Part shown: in pieces, positions 1-9,909 of the stretch
Layout of the letters: each line of letters begins with the position of its first letter
Position numbering within the stretch: the stretch's first letter is position 1
Assembly: GCA_965648915.1 (NCBI GenBank)
Contig: CBFGIV010000012.1
Span: 1-56,319 of the forward strand
From: a candidate division WOR-3 bacterium
GTDB taxonomy: Bacteria > Hydrothermota > Tepidihabitantia > SM23-42 > CAYGYG01
Length of the DNA stretch: 56,319 nucleotides
Direction: 5' to 3'
Made by a program: the position numbers and the translations under genes
The notes under the pieces: model-generated
What the model was told of the DNA's origin: nothing
Database searches by the model: none
The model's input: the letters and a program-made list of their open reading frames with translations, nothing else

Positions 1-103
1 TGAGTTAATCACGCCGGTTGCGGTTGAGGAAGGTTTGCGTTTTGCGATCCGTGAGGGTGGTAAGACGGTCGGTGCAGGCGTCGTAACCAAGATCTTAGAA
101 TAA
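1..103 (+). CDS. tuf: Elongation factor Tu, C-terminal end (partial)
   Basis: Frame 2 reads [33 protein letters not shown], the EF-Tu C-terminus; TAA at 101-103. Confidence 0.95.
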   Translation, partial: ELITPVAVEEGLRFAIREGGKTVGAGVVTKILE

Positions 104-104
104 T

Positions 105-413
105 ATGCCTAATCGAATGCGGATAAAACTTAAGTCTTACGATCATCGGATTCTCGACCAGTCGGTAAAGGCAATTATTGAAACTGCCCGCCGTTTTGGT
201 GCTTCGATTTCCGGACCGATCCCTCTGCCCACCAAGCGAACAATATTCACAGTCCTGCGCTCGCCCCATGTTGATAAAAAGTCGAGAGAACAGTTCGAGT
301 TGCGAGTTCATAAGAGGCTTATTGAACTTGCCGATGTGACACCGGATATCATTGAGGTCCTCAATAAACTCGAAATACCGGCGGGTGTCGATATTGAGGT
401 AAAATCATTATGA
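105..413 (+). CDS. rpsJ: 30S ribosomal protein S10
   Basis: [35 protein letters not shown] motifs. Confidence 0.98.
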   Translation: MPNRMRIKLKSYDHRILDQSVKAIIETARRFGASISGPIPLPTKRTIFTVLRSPHVDKKSREQFELRVHKRLIELADVTPDIIEVLNKLEIPAGVDIEVKSL

Positions 414-1030
414 TTGGTCTTGTTGGTCGTAAACTTAGAATGGAGCATATCTTTCTTACCGGTGGTAAGATGGTTGCCGTGACCGTTGTTGAGGCCGGTC
501 CCTGTGCGGTGACCCAGATTAAGACTAAAGAAAATGATGGCTATAATGCAGTTCAACTTGGTTTTGGCCAGAGAAAGCGTATCAATAAACCGATGGGGGG
601 TAAGTTGAAACGGGTCAAAATTAAGCCCGTTGCCCGACTCTGTGAATTCCGGGTAGATGATCCTGCCCCTTATAAGGTCGGCACCAGCGTTGATGTTTCT
701 ATCTTTAAAGAAGGTGATAAGGTAAAGGTGATCGGCTGGACAAAGGGGCGAGGATTTGCTGGTGGGGTCAAACGCTGGGGTTGGGGTGGTGGACCGGCAG
801 CCCACGGTTCCTGTTTTCATCGAAGGCCGGGATCGATCGGACAGCATACTTTCCCGGGACGGGTCTGGAAGAATAAGAAGATGCCGGGAAGATATGGCAA
901 TGAGCGAGTTTCGATAAGGAACCTGCAGATTGTTAAGATTGAGAAAGAGAAGAATGTAATTTTGGTAAAAGGGGCAATACCCGGGCCAAGAAATGGTCTG
1001 GTCATTATCGAGAAGAGCAATGGAAGTTGA
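410..1030 (+). CDS. rplC: 50S ribosomal protein L3
   Basis: [38 protein letters not shown]10 operon position. Confidence 0.97.
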   Translation: MIGLVGRKLRMEHIFLTGGKMVAVTVVEAGPCAVTQIKTKENDGYNAVQLGFGQRKRINKPMGGKLKRVKIKPVARLCEFRVDDPAPYKVGTSVDVSIFKEGDKVKVIGWTKGRGFAGGVKRWGWGGGPAAHGSCFHRRPGSIGQHTFPGRVWKNKKMPGRYGNERVSIRNLQIVKIEKEKNVILVKGAIPGPRNGLVIIEKSNGS

Positions 1031-1640
1031 TCTTTATTCAATGAACGGTGCAACATTAGGTAAGTTTAAATTGAGTGATAAGATTTTTAACCGTAAGATT
1101 AACGAGCATCTTATCTGGGAAGTGGTCAATTATTATCAAGCCAACCAGCGACAGGGGACGGTATCGACCAAGACCCGGGCTGAGGTGAGTGGCGGAGGTC
1201 GTAAACCATGGCGTCAGAAAGGAACGGGAAGGGCAAGGCACGGTAGTATCCGTTCACCAATATGGGTCGGAGGCGGGATTGTCTTCGGTCCGAAACCGAG
1301 ATCTTTTCGAAAGGAAATGCCTAAAAAGAAAAAGCGCCAGGCTTTATTAATGGCACTCAGTGATCGCGCCCGGGAAAATAGGATTATTGTGGTCGATGAA
1401 TTGAAAGTGGCTGAACCAAAGACGAAGATTATGGTCGATTTCTTAAAGAAGATGAATCTCGCAGGTAAGAAAGTCCTGACCGTGACGGAAAAGATTGATG
1501 AAAATATAAGACGGTCGAGCCAGAATATAGCCAATCTTACACTCGATGCGGTTAACAATATCAACGCATTAAAGGTTTTGAGCAGTGAGTTTCTTGTTCT
1601 GACAAAGGGGGCATACGAAATTCTGGAGCAGAGATGGTAG
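1020..1640 (+). CDS. rplD: 50S ribosomal protein L4
   Basis: RQGTVSTKTRAEVSGGGRKPWRQKGTGRARHGS; start moved to ATG 1020. Confidence 0.97.
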   Translation: MEVDLYSMNGATLGKFKLSDKIFNRKINEHLIWEVVNYYQANQRQGTVSTKTRAEVSGGGRKPWRQKGTGRARHGSIRSPIWVGGGIVFGPKPRSFRKEMPKKKKRQALLMALSDRARENRIIVVDELKVAEPKTKIMVDFLKKMNLAGKKVLTVTEKIDENIRRSSQNIANLTLDAVNNINALKVLSSEFLVLTKGAYEILEQRW

Positions 1641-1921
1641 GATTTGATAGATTAATCAAGAAGGTTATTATAACGGAAAAATCAACCGCCCTTAAGGAGA
1701 TGAATAAGTACCAGTTTAAGGTTGCACCTCAGGCCAATAAACATCAGATTAAAAAGGCGGTTGAAGAAATGTTCAATGTCAAGGTTAAGGATGTTCGAAC
1801 CTGCAACTACCGGGGCAAGGAGCGGATATTAGGCTATAGCCGGGGCCGGCGGCCGAACTGGAAGAAGGCGACCGTTACATTAAAAGAGGGGTACAAGATT
1901 GAACTGGTGGAAGGTGTTTGA
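1634..1921 (+). CDS. rplW: 50S ribosomal protein L23
   Basis: ITEKS, ANKHQIKKAVEEMFNVKV, WKKATVTL. Confidence 0.96.
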   Translation: MVGFDRLIKKVIITEKSTALKEMNKYQFKVAPQANKHQIKKAVEEMFNVKVKDVRTCNYRGKERILGYSRGRRPNWKKATVTLKEGYKIELVEGV

Positions 1922-2742
1922 TGGGAATTAAGACTTATCGTCCAACCACTCCCTCACGCAGGTATTATACAACAAACCGTCCGGAGATAACAGCGGTTGA
2001 GCCGGAGAAGAGGCTTACTTTTGCTTTACGCAAAAGAAGCGGAAGGAATAATCTCGGTCGGATCACGGCCTGGCAGAGGGGAGGTGGTAATAAGCGGCGT
2101 TATCGGATTATCGATTTTTATCGCGATAAATTTAATATACCCGGAAAGGTTGTTTCGATCGAATATGATCCAAACCGGAATCCGCTGATCGCACTCATTG
2201 CCTATAAGGATGGTGAACGCCGATATATCATTGCTCCAGAGGGACTTAAGGTAGGCGACGAGATAATTTCCGGACGGGAAGTTCCAATTAAGATCGGTAA
2301 TGCGATGCCTCTCAATTCAATTCCCATCGGCGTTGAGATTCATAACCTTGAGCTTCACCCCGGGACCGGAGCCAAATTGATTCGTGGTGCAGGGTTGGCA
2401 GGCCAGATACTTGCCAAAGAGGGTAGATTTGCTCATGTGAAACTGCCCTCAAGTGAGGTCCGGCTTTTCGATCTTGAATGTATGGCAACGATCGGGCGGG
2501 TCTCAAATGGAGATTATATTAACATCGTTTATGGAAAGGCCGGTCGGATTCGCCATATGGGCCGAAGACCCCATGTGCGAGGAGTGGCAAAGAATCCAAT
2601 TGATCATCCCCTGGGCGGCGGTGAAGGTCGCTCCCATGGTGGACGCCACCCGGTCTCACCCTGGGGCTGGTTAACAAAAGGTTTTAAGACCCGGAAGAAA
2701 GGTCGAATTTCTGACCGATTTATCGTAAAGAGGAGAAAGTGA
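1921..2742 (+). CDS. rplB: 50S ribosomal protein L2
   Basis: [36 protein letters not shown]. Confidence 0.98.
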   Translation: MGIKTYRPTTPSRRYYTTNRPEITAVEPEKRLTFALRKRSGRNNLGRITAWQRGGGNKRRYRIIDFYRDKFNIPGKVVSIEYDPNRNPLIALIAYKDGERRYIIAPEGLKVGDEIISGREVPIKIGNAMPLNSIPIGVEIHNLELHPGTGAKLIRGAGLAGQILAKEGRFAHVKLPSSEVRLFDLECMATIGRVSNGDYINIVYGKAGRIRHMGRRPHVRGVAKNPIDHPLGGGEGRSHGGRHPVSPWGWLTKGFKTRKKGRISDRFIVKRRK

Positions 2743-2743
2743 G

Positions 2744-3040
2744 ATGGGCCGTTCGATTAAAAAAGGTGCCTATGTCGATGCCAAACTCTTAAAGAAGATA
2801 CTTAAGTTAGTTGAAACCGGTGAAAAGAAGACGATCAAGACCTGGGCCAGGCGATCGGTCATCCCACCCGAATTTGTTGGTCATACGGTTGCGGTCCACG
2901 CCGGTAATCGATGGGTACCGATATATATTACCGAACGTATGGTTGGACACCGGTTGGGCGAATTTGCTCCAACCCGGACATTCCGGGGCCATTCCGGAGT
3001 AAGGAAAGAGAAGGCCGAAGAGAGCGAAGAGGAGGAATAG
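2744..3040 (+). CDS. rpsS: 30S ribosomal protein S19 with acidic C-terminal tail
   Basis: [32 protein letters not shown]. Confidence 0.97.
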   Translation: MGRSIKKGAYVDAKLLKKILKLVETGEKKTIKTWARRSVIPPEFVGHTVAVHAGNRWVPIYITERMVGHRLGEFAPTRTFRGHSGVRKEKAEESEEEE

Positions 3041-3409
3041 TTGCCCGGGGTTGCCATCAAAAGATTTGAGCGTGCTTCGGCGCGCAAGGTCAACCGTCTC
3101 CTCAGTCTGATCCGCGGTAAAGATGTGATCCGGGCACGGAATCTTTTGGCATTCTTACCAACCCCAACCAAGATTCCGGTGCTCAAGACATTGAACTCGG
3201 CCGTGGCCAATTTAAAAAATCAGGAAGGAAAGTTGAAGATTGAGGATAAGGATCTTTTTGTAAAATCAGCGGTTGTTGATGGTGGTCCGATGATGAAGAG
3301 ATGGCGTGCCGGTCCATTCGGTATGCCCCATATGATTCGAAGAAGGACTTGCCATATAACGATTATGGTAGACCAGAAAGGTCGATCAAGGCAAGGGAAA
3401 GGAGTTTAG
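3041..3409 (+). CDS. rplV: 50S ribosomal protein L22
   Basis: SARKV, LNSAVAN, VDGGPMMKRWRA, RRRTCHITI; TTG start after GAGGAGG. Confidence 0.95.
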   Translation: MPGVAIKRFERASARKVNRLLSLIRGKDVIRARNLLAFLPTPTKIPVLKTLNSAVANLKNQEGKLKIEDKDLFVKSAVVDGGPMMKRWRAGPFGMPHMIRRRTCHITIMVDQKGRSRQGKGV

Positions 3410-4033
3410 TTGGGTCAAAAGACACATCCAATCGGTTTCAGGTTGGGAATAACTAAAGACTGGAAGTCTAAGTGGTTTGATGAGAAGAATTATGCGCAAT
3501 GCCTGCAGGAAGATTTAAAGATCCGTTTATACTTAAAAGAGCGACTCGCCCAGGCGATGGTCTCGATGGTCGAGATCAAGCGTCTGCCCAATAAGCTTTC
3601 GATCACGATTCATACGGGACAGCCGGGTCGGGTAATTGGAAAGGGAGGAGAGGAGATAAAGAAGTTGCGGGAAGAGTTGAAGAGTTTGATGGGTAAAGAG
3701 GTGCTGGTTAATGTGGAAGAGATCAGGATACCGGAACTGGATGCAGAACTTGTTGCCCAATCAATTGCCCGGCAGATTGAGCAGAGGGTTTCACACCGTC
3801 GGGCGATGAAAAGGGCGGTAATCTCGGCGATGAAGATCGGAGCCAAGGGTATCAAGGTCGCCTGCAGCGGCCGGCTGGGCGGTGCCGAGATTGCCCGGCG
3901 GGAATGGATTCCCCAGGGTAAGGTTCCGCTCCAGACTTTGCGGGCTGATATCGATTTTGCCCGGGCAACCGCTTTTACGATTTATGGAACAGTTGGTGTT
4001 AAGGTGTGGATCTGTAAGGGAGGGATTGATTAG
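3410..4033 (+). CDS. rpsC: 30S ribosomal protein S3
   Basis: [44 protein letters not shown]. Confidence 0.98.
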   Translation: MGQKTHPIGFRLGITKDWKSKWFDEKNYAQCLQEDLKIRLYLKERLAQAMVSMVEIKRLPNKLSITIHTGQPGRVIGKGGEEIKKLREELKSLMGKEVLVNVEEIRIPELDAELVAQSIARQIEQRVSHRRAMKRAVISAMKIGAKGIKVACSGRLGGAEIARREWIPQGKVPLQTLRADIDFARATAFTIYGTVGVKVWICKGGID

Positions 4034-4465
4034 ATGTTGATGCCCAAGCGGGTAAAATTCAGAAAACAGCAGCGGGGTCGGCGGAAGGGCAAGGCGACAA
4101 GCGGCGATACGCTGGCATTTGGTTCTTATGGTTTGCAGGCACTTGAGCCTGCTTGGCTTACCGCTCGCCAGATTGAGGCCTCACGGGTAACGATCTCCCA
4201 CTCGTTGAAAAAGGGCGGTCGCCTCTGGTTGCGTGTATTCCCCGATAAACCGGTAACAAAGAAACCAGCCGAAACGCGGATGGGCAAAGGAAAAGGCGCA
4301 CCCGAATACTGGGTTTGTGTGGTTAAACCAGGCAGGATAATATTTGAAATTGATGGTATTACCGAGAGTGATGCCCACCAACTTCTCAAGCAGGCCGGCA
4401 GTAAATTGCCAATGAAGACGAGAATTATTAAACGGCAGGAAGGATTTACTTATGAAGGTCTATGA
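4034..4465 (+). CDS. rplP: 50S ribosomal protein L16
   Basis: [35 protein letters not shown]. Confidence 0.98.
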   Translation: MLMPKRVKFRKQQRGRRKGKATSGDTLAFGSYGLQALEPAWLTARQIEASRVTISHSLKKGGRLWLRVFPDKPVTKKPAETRMGKGKGAPEYWVCVVKPGRIIFEIDGITESDAHQLLKQAGSKLPMKTRIIKRQEGFTYEGL

Positions 4466-4688
4466 GCTAAGAGAGAAGACCCGACAGGAGTTGCTCGACT
4501 ATCTAACATCTCTGCGTAAGGACCTGTTCAATTTAAAGATTCAACGGGCAAGTCGTGAGTTGCCGAACCCGCTCCGGCTCAGGACATTACGAAGAGAGAT
4601 CGCTCGCATCCTCACCATCCTGAGAGAAGACGAGAAAGGCATCCGTAAACTACTCGAAGTCAAGCCTAAGAAGGAGAAAGGAAAGTAA
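4452..4688 (+). CDS. rpmC: 50S ribosomal protein L29 with basic C-terminal extension
   Basis: [26 protein letters not shown]. Confidence 0.95.
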   Translation: MKVYELREKTRQELLDYLTSLRKDLFNLKIQRASRELPNPLRLRTLRREIARILTILREDEKGIRKLLEVKPKKEKGK

Positions 4689-4689
4689 G

Positions 4690-4923
4690 ATGCGGAAACG
4701 GCTGATCGGCATCGTCAAGAGTGATAAGATGAAAAAGACAGTAACCGTTGTTACATCGAAACTGGTCTTAGATCCTCGTTTCAAAAAGTATGTCCGACAG
4801 AAGACCAAGGTCTATGCCCACGATGAGAAAGGGATTGCCAAGGTCGGTGATAAAGTGCTGTTAGAAGAGACCAGGCCTCTCTCGCGCCTTAAGCGGTGGC
4901 GGGTAGTGAGGAGGATCGATTGA
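4690..4923 (+). CDS. rpsQ: 30S ribosomal protein S17
   Basis: [29 protein letters not shown]. Confidence 0.97.
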   Translation: MRKRLIGIVKSDKMKKTVTVVTSKLVLDPRFKKYVRQKTKVYAHDEKGIAKVGDKVLLEETRPLSRLKRWRVVRRID

Positions 4924-5288
4924 TCCAAGATTTTACTCGACTCACCGTCTGTGATAACACCGGTGCCCGGGTGGCGATGGTTATTAAGGTGCTTGGCGGG
5001 TCAAAACGGAGATACGGGCAGATTGGTGATATTGTGGTTGTTACCATTAAAGATGCGATTCCTCACGCGCCGATCAAAAAAGGCGAAGTGGGTAAGGCGG
5101 TTGTGGTTCGAACCAGGAAAGAGTATCGGAGAGATGATGGATCATATGTTCGGTTTGACGATAATGCCTGCGTCCTGATAAATGAACAGCGAGAACCGAG
5201 AGGAACCAGGATTTTTGGACCGGTTGCCCGGGAATTGAGAGAGAAAGGTTTTACCAAGATAATTTCCCTGGCCGCAGAAGTGTTATGA
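4920..5288 (+). CDS. rplN: 50S ribosomal protein L14
   Basis: TTG start overlapping rpsQ stop; [33 protein letters not shown]. Confidence 0.97.
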   Translation: MIQDFTRLTVCDNTGARVAMVIKVLGGSKRRYGQIGDIVVVTIKDAIPHAPIKKGEVGKAVVVRTRKEYRRDDGSYVRFDDNACVLINEQREPRGTRIFGPVARELREKGFTKIISLAAEVL

Positions 5289-5291
5289 ATT

Positions 5292-5600
5292 ATGCATATT
5301 AAGAAGAATGATTTAGTTATAGTGATTAGTGGCGATGAGAAGGGCAAAAGAGGGAAGGTTTTGGAGATTTTAAGGAATAAACAAAGGGCAATCGTGGAAG
5401 GAATTAATTTAGTCAAGAAGCATCAGCGGATGCGTAGTGCAACCAAGCCGGGTGGTATTGTGACTGTACCGGGCAGTATCCATATCTCCAATCTTGCATT
5501 ATTGTGCCCAAAATGTGGTAAGAAGACTAATGTCCATCGGGAGAAGGTTGGTGAACGAAGGGTTCGGGTCTGTAAAGAATGTAAGGAGATCATCGATTAG
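5292..5600 (+). CDS. rplX: 50S ribosomal protein L24
   Basis: IKKND.VIVISGDEKGKRG, VEGINLVKKH, IHISN; CPKC/CKEC motifs. Confidence 0.96.
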   Translation: MHIKKNDLVIVISGDEKGKRGKVLEILRNKQRAIVEGINLVKKHQRMRSATKPGGIVTVPGSIHISNLALLCPKCGKKTNVHREKVGERRVRVCKECKEIID

Positions 5601-5612
5601 AGGCAAGCAATT

Positions 5613-6155
5613 ATGGCAAGGATATTGGAAAATTACCGCAAAAAAATTGTTAAGTCGTTAATGAAGAAGTTTGGTTATAAGAATCAATTTCAGGTCCCCC
5701 GGCTTGAGAAGATAGTAATCAATGTCAGTGTTGGTGAAGCGGTCAGTGATCCGAAGATAATCGATATTGTGCGAGAAGATCTTTCTCTAATCTGTGGTCA
5801 GGCACCGGTCGTTACCCGGGCGAAACGTGCAATATCGAATTTTCGGTTGCGTAAGGGTTTGATCATTGGTTTGAAGGTAACCCTGCGTGATAAAAGGATG
5901 TACGAATTCTTTGACCGTTTTGTCAATTTCGCTGCACCCCGGATCAGAGATTTTAGGGGTTTTAATCCGGATTCATTTGACGGTCGCGGTAACTATAACC
6001 TCGGACTCAATGAGCAGACCATCTTTCCCGAGATTGAATATGATAAGATTAAAAAGGTTTTTGGTATGGATATTGCCTTTGTCACCACTGCACGAAATGA
6101 TGAAGAGGCCCGGGTTCTACTTGAAGAACTCGGAATGCCGTTTGCCAAGAAATAA
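5613..6155 (+). CDS. rplE: 50S ribosomal protein L5
   Basis: [33 protein letters not shown]. Confidence 0.98.
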   Translation: MARILENYRKKIVKSLMKKFGYKNQFQVPRLEKIVINVSVGEAVSDPKIIDIVREDLSLICGQAPVVTRAKRAISNFRLRKGLIIGLKVTLRDKRMYEFFDRFVNFAAPRIRDFRGFNPDSFDGRGNYNLGLNEQTIFPEIEYDKIKKVFGMDIAFVTTARNDEEARVLLEELGMPFAKK

Positions 6156-6186
6156 TGGAACGGAGATGAGCGACAGGTAAGATTAT

Positions 6187-6372
6187 ATGGCAAAACTTAG
6201 TTTAATCCTCAAAGCCCAACGGACACCGAAGTTCCGGGTTCGAAAATATAATCGATGTAAACGGTGTGGCCGACCCAGGGCGTATTATCGTAAGTTTGGT
6301 CTCTGCCGTTTATGTCTCAGGGAGCTTGCCCTGAATGGTGAACTGCCGGGTGTCCGTAAGGCTACCTGGTAG
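6187..6372 (+). CDS. rpsN: 30S ribosomal protein S14, zinc-binding type Z
   Basis: 61 aa; [29 protein letters not shown]. Confidence 0.97.
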   Translation: MAKLSLILKAQRTPKFRVRKYNRCKRCGRPRAYYRKFGLCRLCLRELALNGELPGVRKATW

Positions 6373-6397
6373 CAGATTTTTTAAAAACAGGCTAAAT

Positions 6398-7588
6398 ATG
6401 GCTCCTGAGGAACAACTCAAACTTATAAAAGAGCATACCGTTGAGATAATTAAAGAGGAAGAACTCTTTGAGCGTCTGAAGAAAAAGGGTAAACTGAGAA
6501 TAAAACTCGGGATCGATGCCTCGGGCCCGGATATTCACCTTGGCTTTGCAGTGGTTTTAAGAAAATTACGCCAGTTTCAGGATCTCGAGCATACCGCGGT
6601 TCTGATCGTTGGCGACTTTACCGGAAAGATCGGTGATCCCTCAGGTCGTTCCAAGACCAGACCGCAGTTGACCGATGCTGAGATAAGAAACAATATCACC
6701 CGCTACCGGGAACAGATTTTCAAGATTCTGAGGCCGGACCGCACCGAATTCAGGTTTAATAGCGAATGGCTGGGTGCACTGAAGATTGATGATCTGGTTC
6801 GTTTAAGTTCCCATTATACAGTTGCCCGTATGCTGGAGCGAGACGATTTTTCTTACCGTCTCAAAGATAATATACCAATCTTTATGCACGAAATTCTCTA
6901 TCCCTTACTTCAGGCACAGGATTCGATTGCCGTGAATGCGGATGTCGAAATTGGTGGAACCGATCAGAAATTTAATTTGATCGTGGGACGGGAACTGATG
7001 AAAGAGTTTGGTCTTGAGCCCCAGATTGTCCTTACGATGCCGCTTCTTGAAGGTCTTGATGGAAGCAGAAAGATGTCCAAGAGTTTCGGTAATTACATCG
7101 GGATAACTGACCGGCCTGAAGATATGTTTGGTAAGATTATGTCGATCCCCGATGATCTGATATATAAATACTATGAACTCTGCACCGACATCTTCCCGCA
7201 CAAACTTGCCGAAATAAAGAAAGAATTGTCCGAACATAAGACCAATCCCCGGGATATAAAGTTTGAACTGGCCAGAACAATTGTTCGGATGTACCATTCG
7301 GCTGAAGCAGCACAGCGTGCGGGTGAGGAGTTTGATCGAGTATTCAGGGATCGAGCTGTGCCCGAACAGATGGCCGAATATTCGGCCGGGGTTCAGGAGA
7401 TACCAATTGTTGATCTCTTGGTCGATGCTGAGATCTTCAAATCGAGGAGTGAAGCCAAAAGAAAGATCAGGGAAGGGGCGGTGGATGTTGACGGGCATAA
7501 GATTCATAGCCCTGAATATTCCTTAAATCTCCAGAAAGAAAGGGTCCTGCGCATCGGCAAGAGGAAATTTTTGAGGGTGAAGAGGTAG
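6398..7588 (+). CDS. tyrS: Tyrosine--tRNA ligase
   Basis: KLGID..GPDIHLGF, IGDPSGRS, EIGGTDQKFN, KMSKS, C-terminal S4 domain; ATG 6398. Confidence 0.97.
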   Translation: MAPEEQLKLIKEHTVEIIKEEELFERLKKKGKLRIKLGIDASGPDIHLGFAVVLRKLRQFQDLEHTAVLIVGDFTGKIGDPSGRSKTRPQLTDAEIRNNITRYREQIFKILRPDRTEFRFNSEWLGALKIDDLVRLSSHYTVARMLERDDFSYRLKDNIPIFMHEILYPLLQAQDSIAVNADVEIGGTDQKFNLIVGRELMKEFGLEPQIVLTMPLLEGLDGSRKMSKSFGNYIGITDRPEDMFGKIMSIPDDLIYKYYELCTDIFPHKLAEIKKELSEHKTNPRDIKFELARTIVRMYHSAEAAQRAGEEFDRVFRDRAVPEQMAEYSAGVQEIPIVDLLVDAEIFKSRSEAKRKIREGAVDVDGHKIHSPEYSLNLQKERVLRIGKRKFLRVKR

Positions 7589-7757
7589 ATTAGTCTCATC
7601 CTGACCAATCATTCCTTATGATCCAGAGTGAGTAGAGCCAATTTAATAGTGTATCTTTAATACCTCCAGTTCAGTATCAAAATTAATACATTTTTTTCAT
7701 TAACTACAGCGAAATTCAGCAAAATAGAGCGGGAATAGATTTTGCAATATTATCGGA

Positions 7758-7785
7758 TTGACAAAAAAAATTTAATGGTTAGAAT
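7758..7785 (+). promoter_or_regulatory. sigma70-type promoter of kinase operon
   Basis: TTGACA-N16-TAGAAT. Confidence 0.75.
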
Positions 7786-7793
7786 TGAATAGT

Positions 7794-9890
7794 GTGATTA
7801 AATCGATCAGGAACTTCGAAATTAAAGAACTTATCGCCACCGGCGGGATGGCTGCGATCTATAAGGCGGTTCAGACCTCCCTTGATCGGGTTGTAGCGAT
7901 CAAGGTGCTCCATGGCCATCTTGCCCAGGATAGTAATTTTATTCAGCGTTTTGAACGGGAGGCAAAGGCCTCAGCCAACTTAAAACACGAAAACATCGTT
8001 AATATCATCGACTTTGGCAAAGAAGAAGAGATCTACTTTATCGCGATGGAATTTGTTGATGGGCGGAGCCTGAAAGATTTAATTGCTCAGATAAAAGTCT
8101 TCCCTCTTGAAGTTGTAATAACGATTGCGGTTGATGTCTGCAAAGGACTGAGTCATGCCCATCGTAAGGGTGTTATCCATCGTGATATTAAACCCGCCAA
8201 CATCCTGATCGGCTATGATGGGTCGGTCAAAATTGCCGATTTTGGACTTGCCCAGGCCCAGGACCTGACCTCGATAACCGTGACCGGCGCCATTGTTGGA
8301 ACACCTGCCTATATGTCGCCCGAACAGGCAGCAGGTCGTAAAGTCGATAATCGAAGCGATATCTTTTCTCTGGGGATTATCCTCTACGAGATGCTTACCG
8401 GTGATAAACCATTCCCGGGCGAAAACTACTCATCAGTAATCACCCGGATTCTGACCGCAACACCAAAACCACCGATCGAGATGAATCCGCTGGTTCCAGT
8501 CGAATTGAATCATATTGTGGAAAAGATGCTTGAAAAGGATCCGGATAAGAGATTCAGTGATGTCGATTTACTCCAGACCGAACTTGAAACTTATGCCCGG
8601 AAGGCAAATTTAAATATCAGTGAGAAATATATCAGCGGTTTTATGAAACAGCCTGAAGAGTTTGTTAAAGCGACACTGGAGAAGAGGAAGCGCCAGCACT
8701 TTGACCGGGGCGTCTATTATATGAACTTAGGGCTCGAAAAGATCGACGATGCGATCGGCGAGTTTACCCGGGTGATCTTTCTCGATCCCAACGATACGCA
8801 GGCAAGAGAATATCTTGAAAAACTTAAGGCCAGGAAAGAGAAGATGGGCAGGAAGGAGGAAGTTAAACCAAAGGTTGCGGTTAAACAGGAAGCAAAGAAG
8901 GTAAGATTGGTTCCGGTGATTCTGGTCCTGATGTTTGTTTTGCTGGTGGGATTGGTCCTGGTGCGGAGATTGATAATCAGACCCCAGAGAATGGCTTTAA
9001 AACCAGTCTCAGGTTCACTGGTGTTGAATTCTCAGCCGGGTGGTGCCAGTATCTTTATCGACGGCCGCGAGATTGGACGGGTAACCCCGGCACGGATTGA
9101 CAGCCTCAGTCTGGGTCTTCACGAAGTTAAACTTATTCTTCGGGGTTATCGACCGGTTATTGAGACGGTTAATGTAAAGACAGAATTGGATTCTTTACAG
9201 ACACTTCTGGTCCGTGAAAAGATTGAATCTGTAGGTGTTCGCAAATTAGGAGGAATTTTAATCAGGACGCGACCACCAGGTGCGAGCGTCAAGATTAATG
9301 AAAATAAGTTGAAGGAGACAACCCCCTGTCAGGTAAGTGATCTGGAGCCAGGGATTTACCGGATTACCCTGGAAAAAGAAGGTTATGAACCGGTGTCAGT
9401 GATAAGACGGGTATCTGCAGATAGGGTGCTCAGAATGAATTTAAATCTAACAAAGAAGGCCGGACCGGTTGAATATGGCTACCTGAAGATTGCGGTGACT
9501 CCCTGGGCAAAGGTATTTATTGATGGTAAGTATATTGAGACAACGCCGGTGGCAAAACCAATAAAGGTTGAGGCGGGCGAACATATTATAAAATTGACCA
9601 ACCCCAATTTTAAGACCTGGACCGAGCGGATCAATTTTCCAGCCAATGAAATAATTAGCCGGACCATCCAGCTGGTTCCGGGTGAAGGTTACTTAAAAAT
9701 CTCGGTCAACCCATGGGCTGATGTCTATATTGATGGTGAGTTTATCGCAACAACGCCGATTGCCCGGGAGATTACTCTATCACCGGGCAGTCATAAATTA
9801 AAACTGGTCAATCCAAGTTTTGAAATTTATGAAGAGACGATTACGATTATTTCGGATGAGGTCTTAAAAAAGCACATAATTCTTAAATAA
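7794..9890 (+). CDS. Hanks-type Ser/Thr protein kinase with TPR-like segment, one TM helix and about 4 PEGA domains
   Basis: GGMAAIY, VAIKVL, HRDIKPANIL, DFG, GTPAYMSPEQ; hydrophobic VPVILVLMFVLLVGLVLV; PEGA-like SQPGGASIFIDG..GRVTP and PWAKVFIDG..IETTP. GTG 7794 preferred because TTG 7785 overlaps the -10 box. Confidence 0.92.
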   Translation: MIKSIRNFEIKELIATGGMAAIYKAVQTSLDRVVAIKVLHGHLAQDSNFIQRFEREAKASANLKHENIVNIIDFGKEEEIYFIAMEFVDGRSLKDLIAQIKVFPLEVVITIAVDVCKGLSHAHRKGVIHRDIKPANILIGYDGSVKIADFGLAQAQDLTSITVTGAIVGTPAYMSPEQAAGRKVDNRSDIFSLGIILYEMLTGDKPFPGENYSSVITRILTATPKPPIEMNPLVPVELNHIVEKMLEKDPDKRFSDVDLLQTELETYARKANLNISEKYISGFMKQPEEFVKATLEKRKRQHFDRGVYYMNLGLEKIDDAIGEFTRVIFLDPNDTQAREYLEKLKARKEKMGRKEEVKPKVAVKQEAKKVRLVPVILVLMFVLLVGLVLVRRLIIRPQRMALKPVSGSLVLNSQPGGASIFIDGREIGRVTPARIDSLSLGLHEVKLILRGYRPVIETVNVKTELDSLQTLLVREKIESVGVRKLGGILIRTRPPGASVKINENKLKETTPCQVSDLEPGIYRITLEKEGYEPVSVIRRVSADRVLRMNLNLTKKAGPVEYGYLKIAVTPWAKVFIDGKYIETTPVAKPIKVEAGEHIIKLTNPNFKTWTERINFPANEIISRTIQLVPGEGYLKISVNPWADVYIDGEFIATTPIAREITLSPGSHKLKLVNPSFEIYEETITIISDEVLKKHIILK

Positions 9891-9909
9891 GAGTATTTAA
9901 GGAGGTTAG

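Noticed and set aside
2744..4465. Genome-wide TAG recoding
   Set aside because: TAG ends rny, rpsN, tyrS, rplX and OmpA at their expected C-termini, and no in-frame TAG interrupts a conserved gene
9..6193. Many antisense and alternate-frame ORFs over the ribosomal protein genes
   Set aside because: Shadow ORFs of conserved genes with no motifs or SDs; the same applies to similar ORFs throughout the window
5292..6372. Cys-rich zinc motifs in L24 and S14 (also HisS and PheS)
   Set aside because: Known ancestral zinc-binding variants common in many anaerobes
7589..7757. Minus-strand GGAGGT followed by a short ATT-started frame in the tyrS-kinase gap
   Set aside because: No canonical start, only about 21 codons, and no promoter seen
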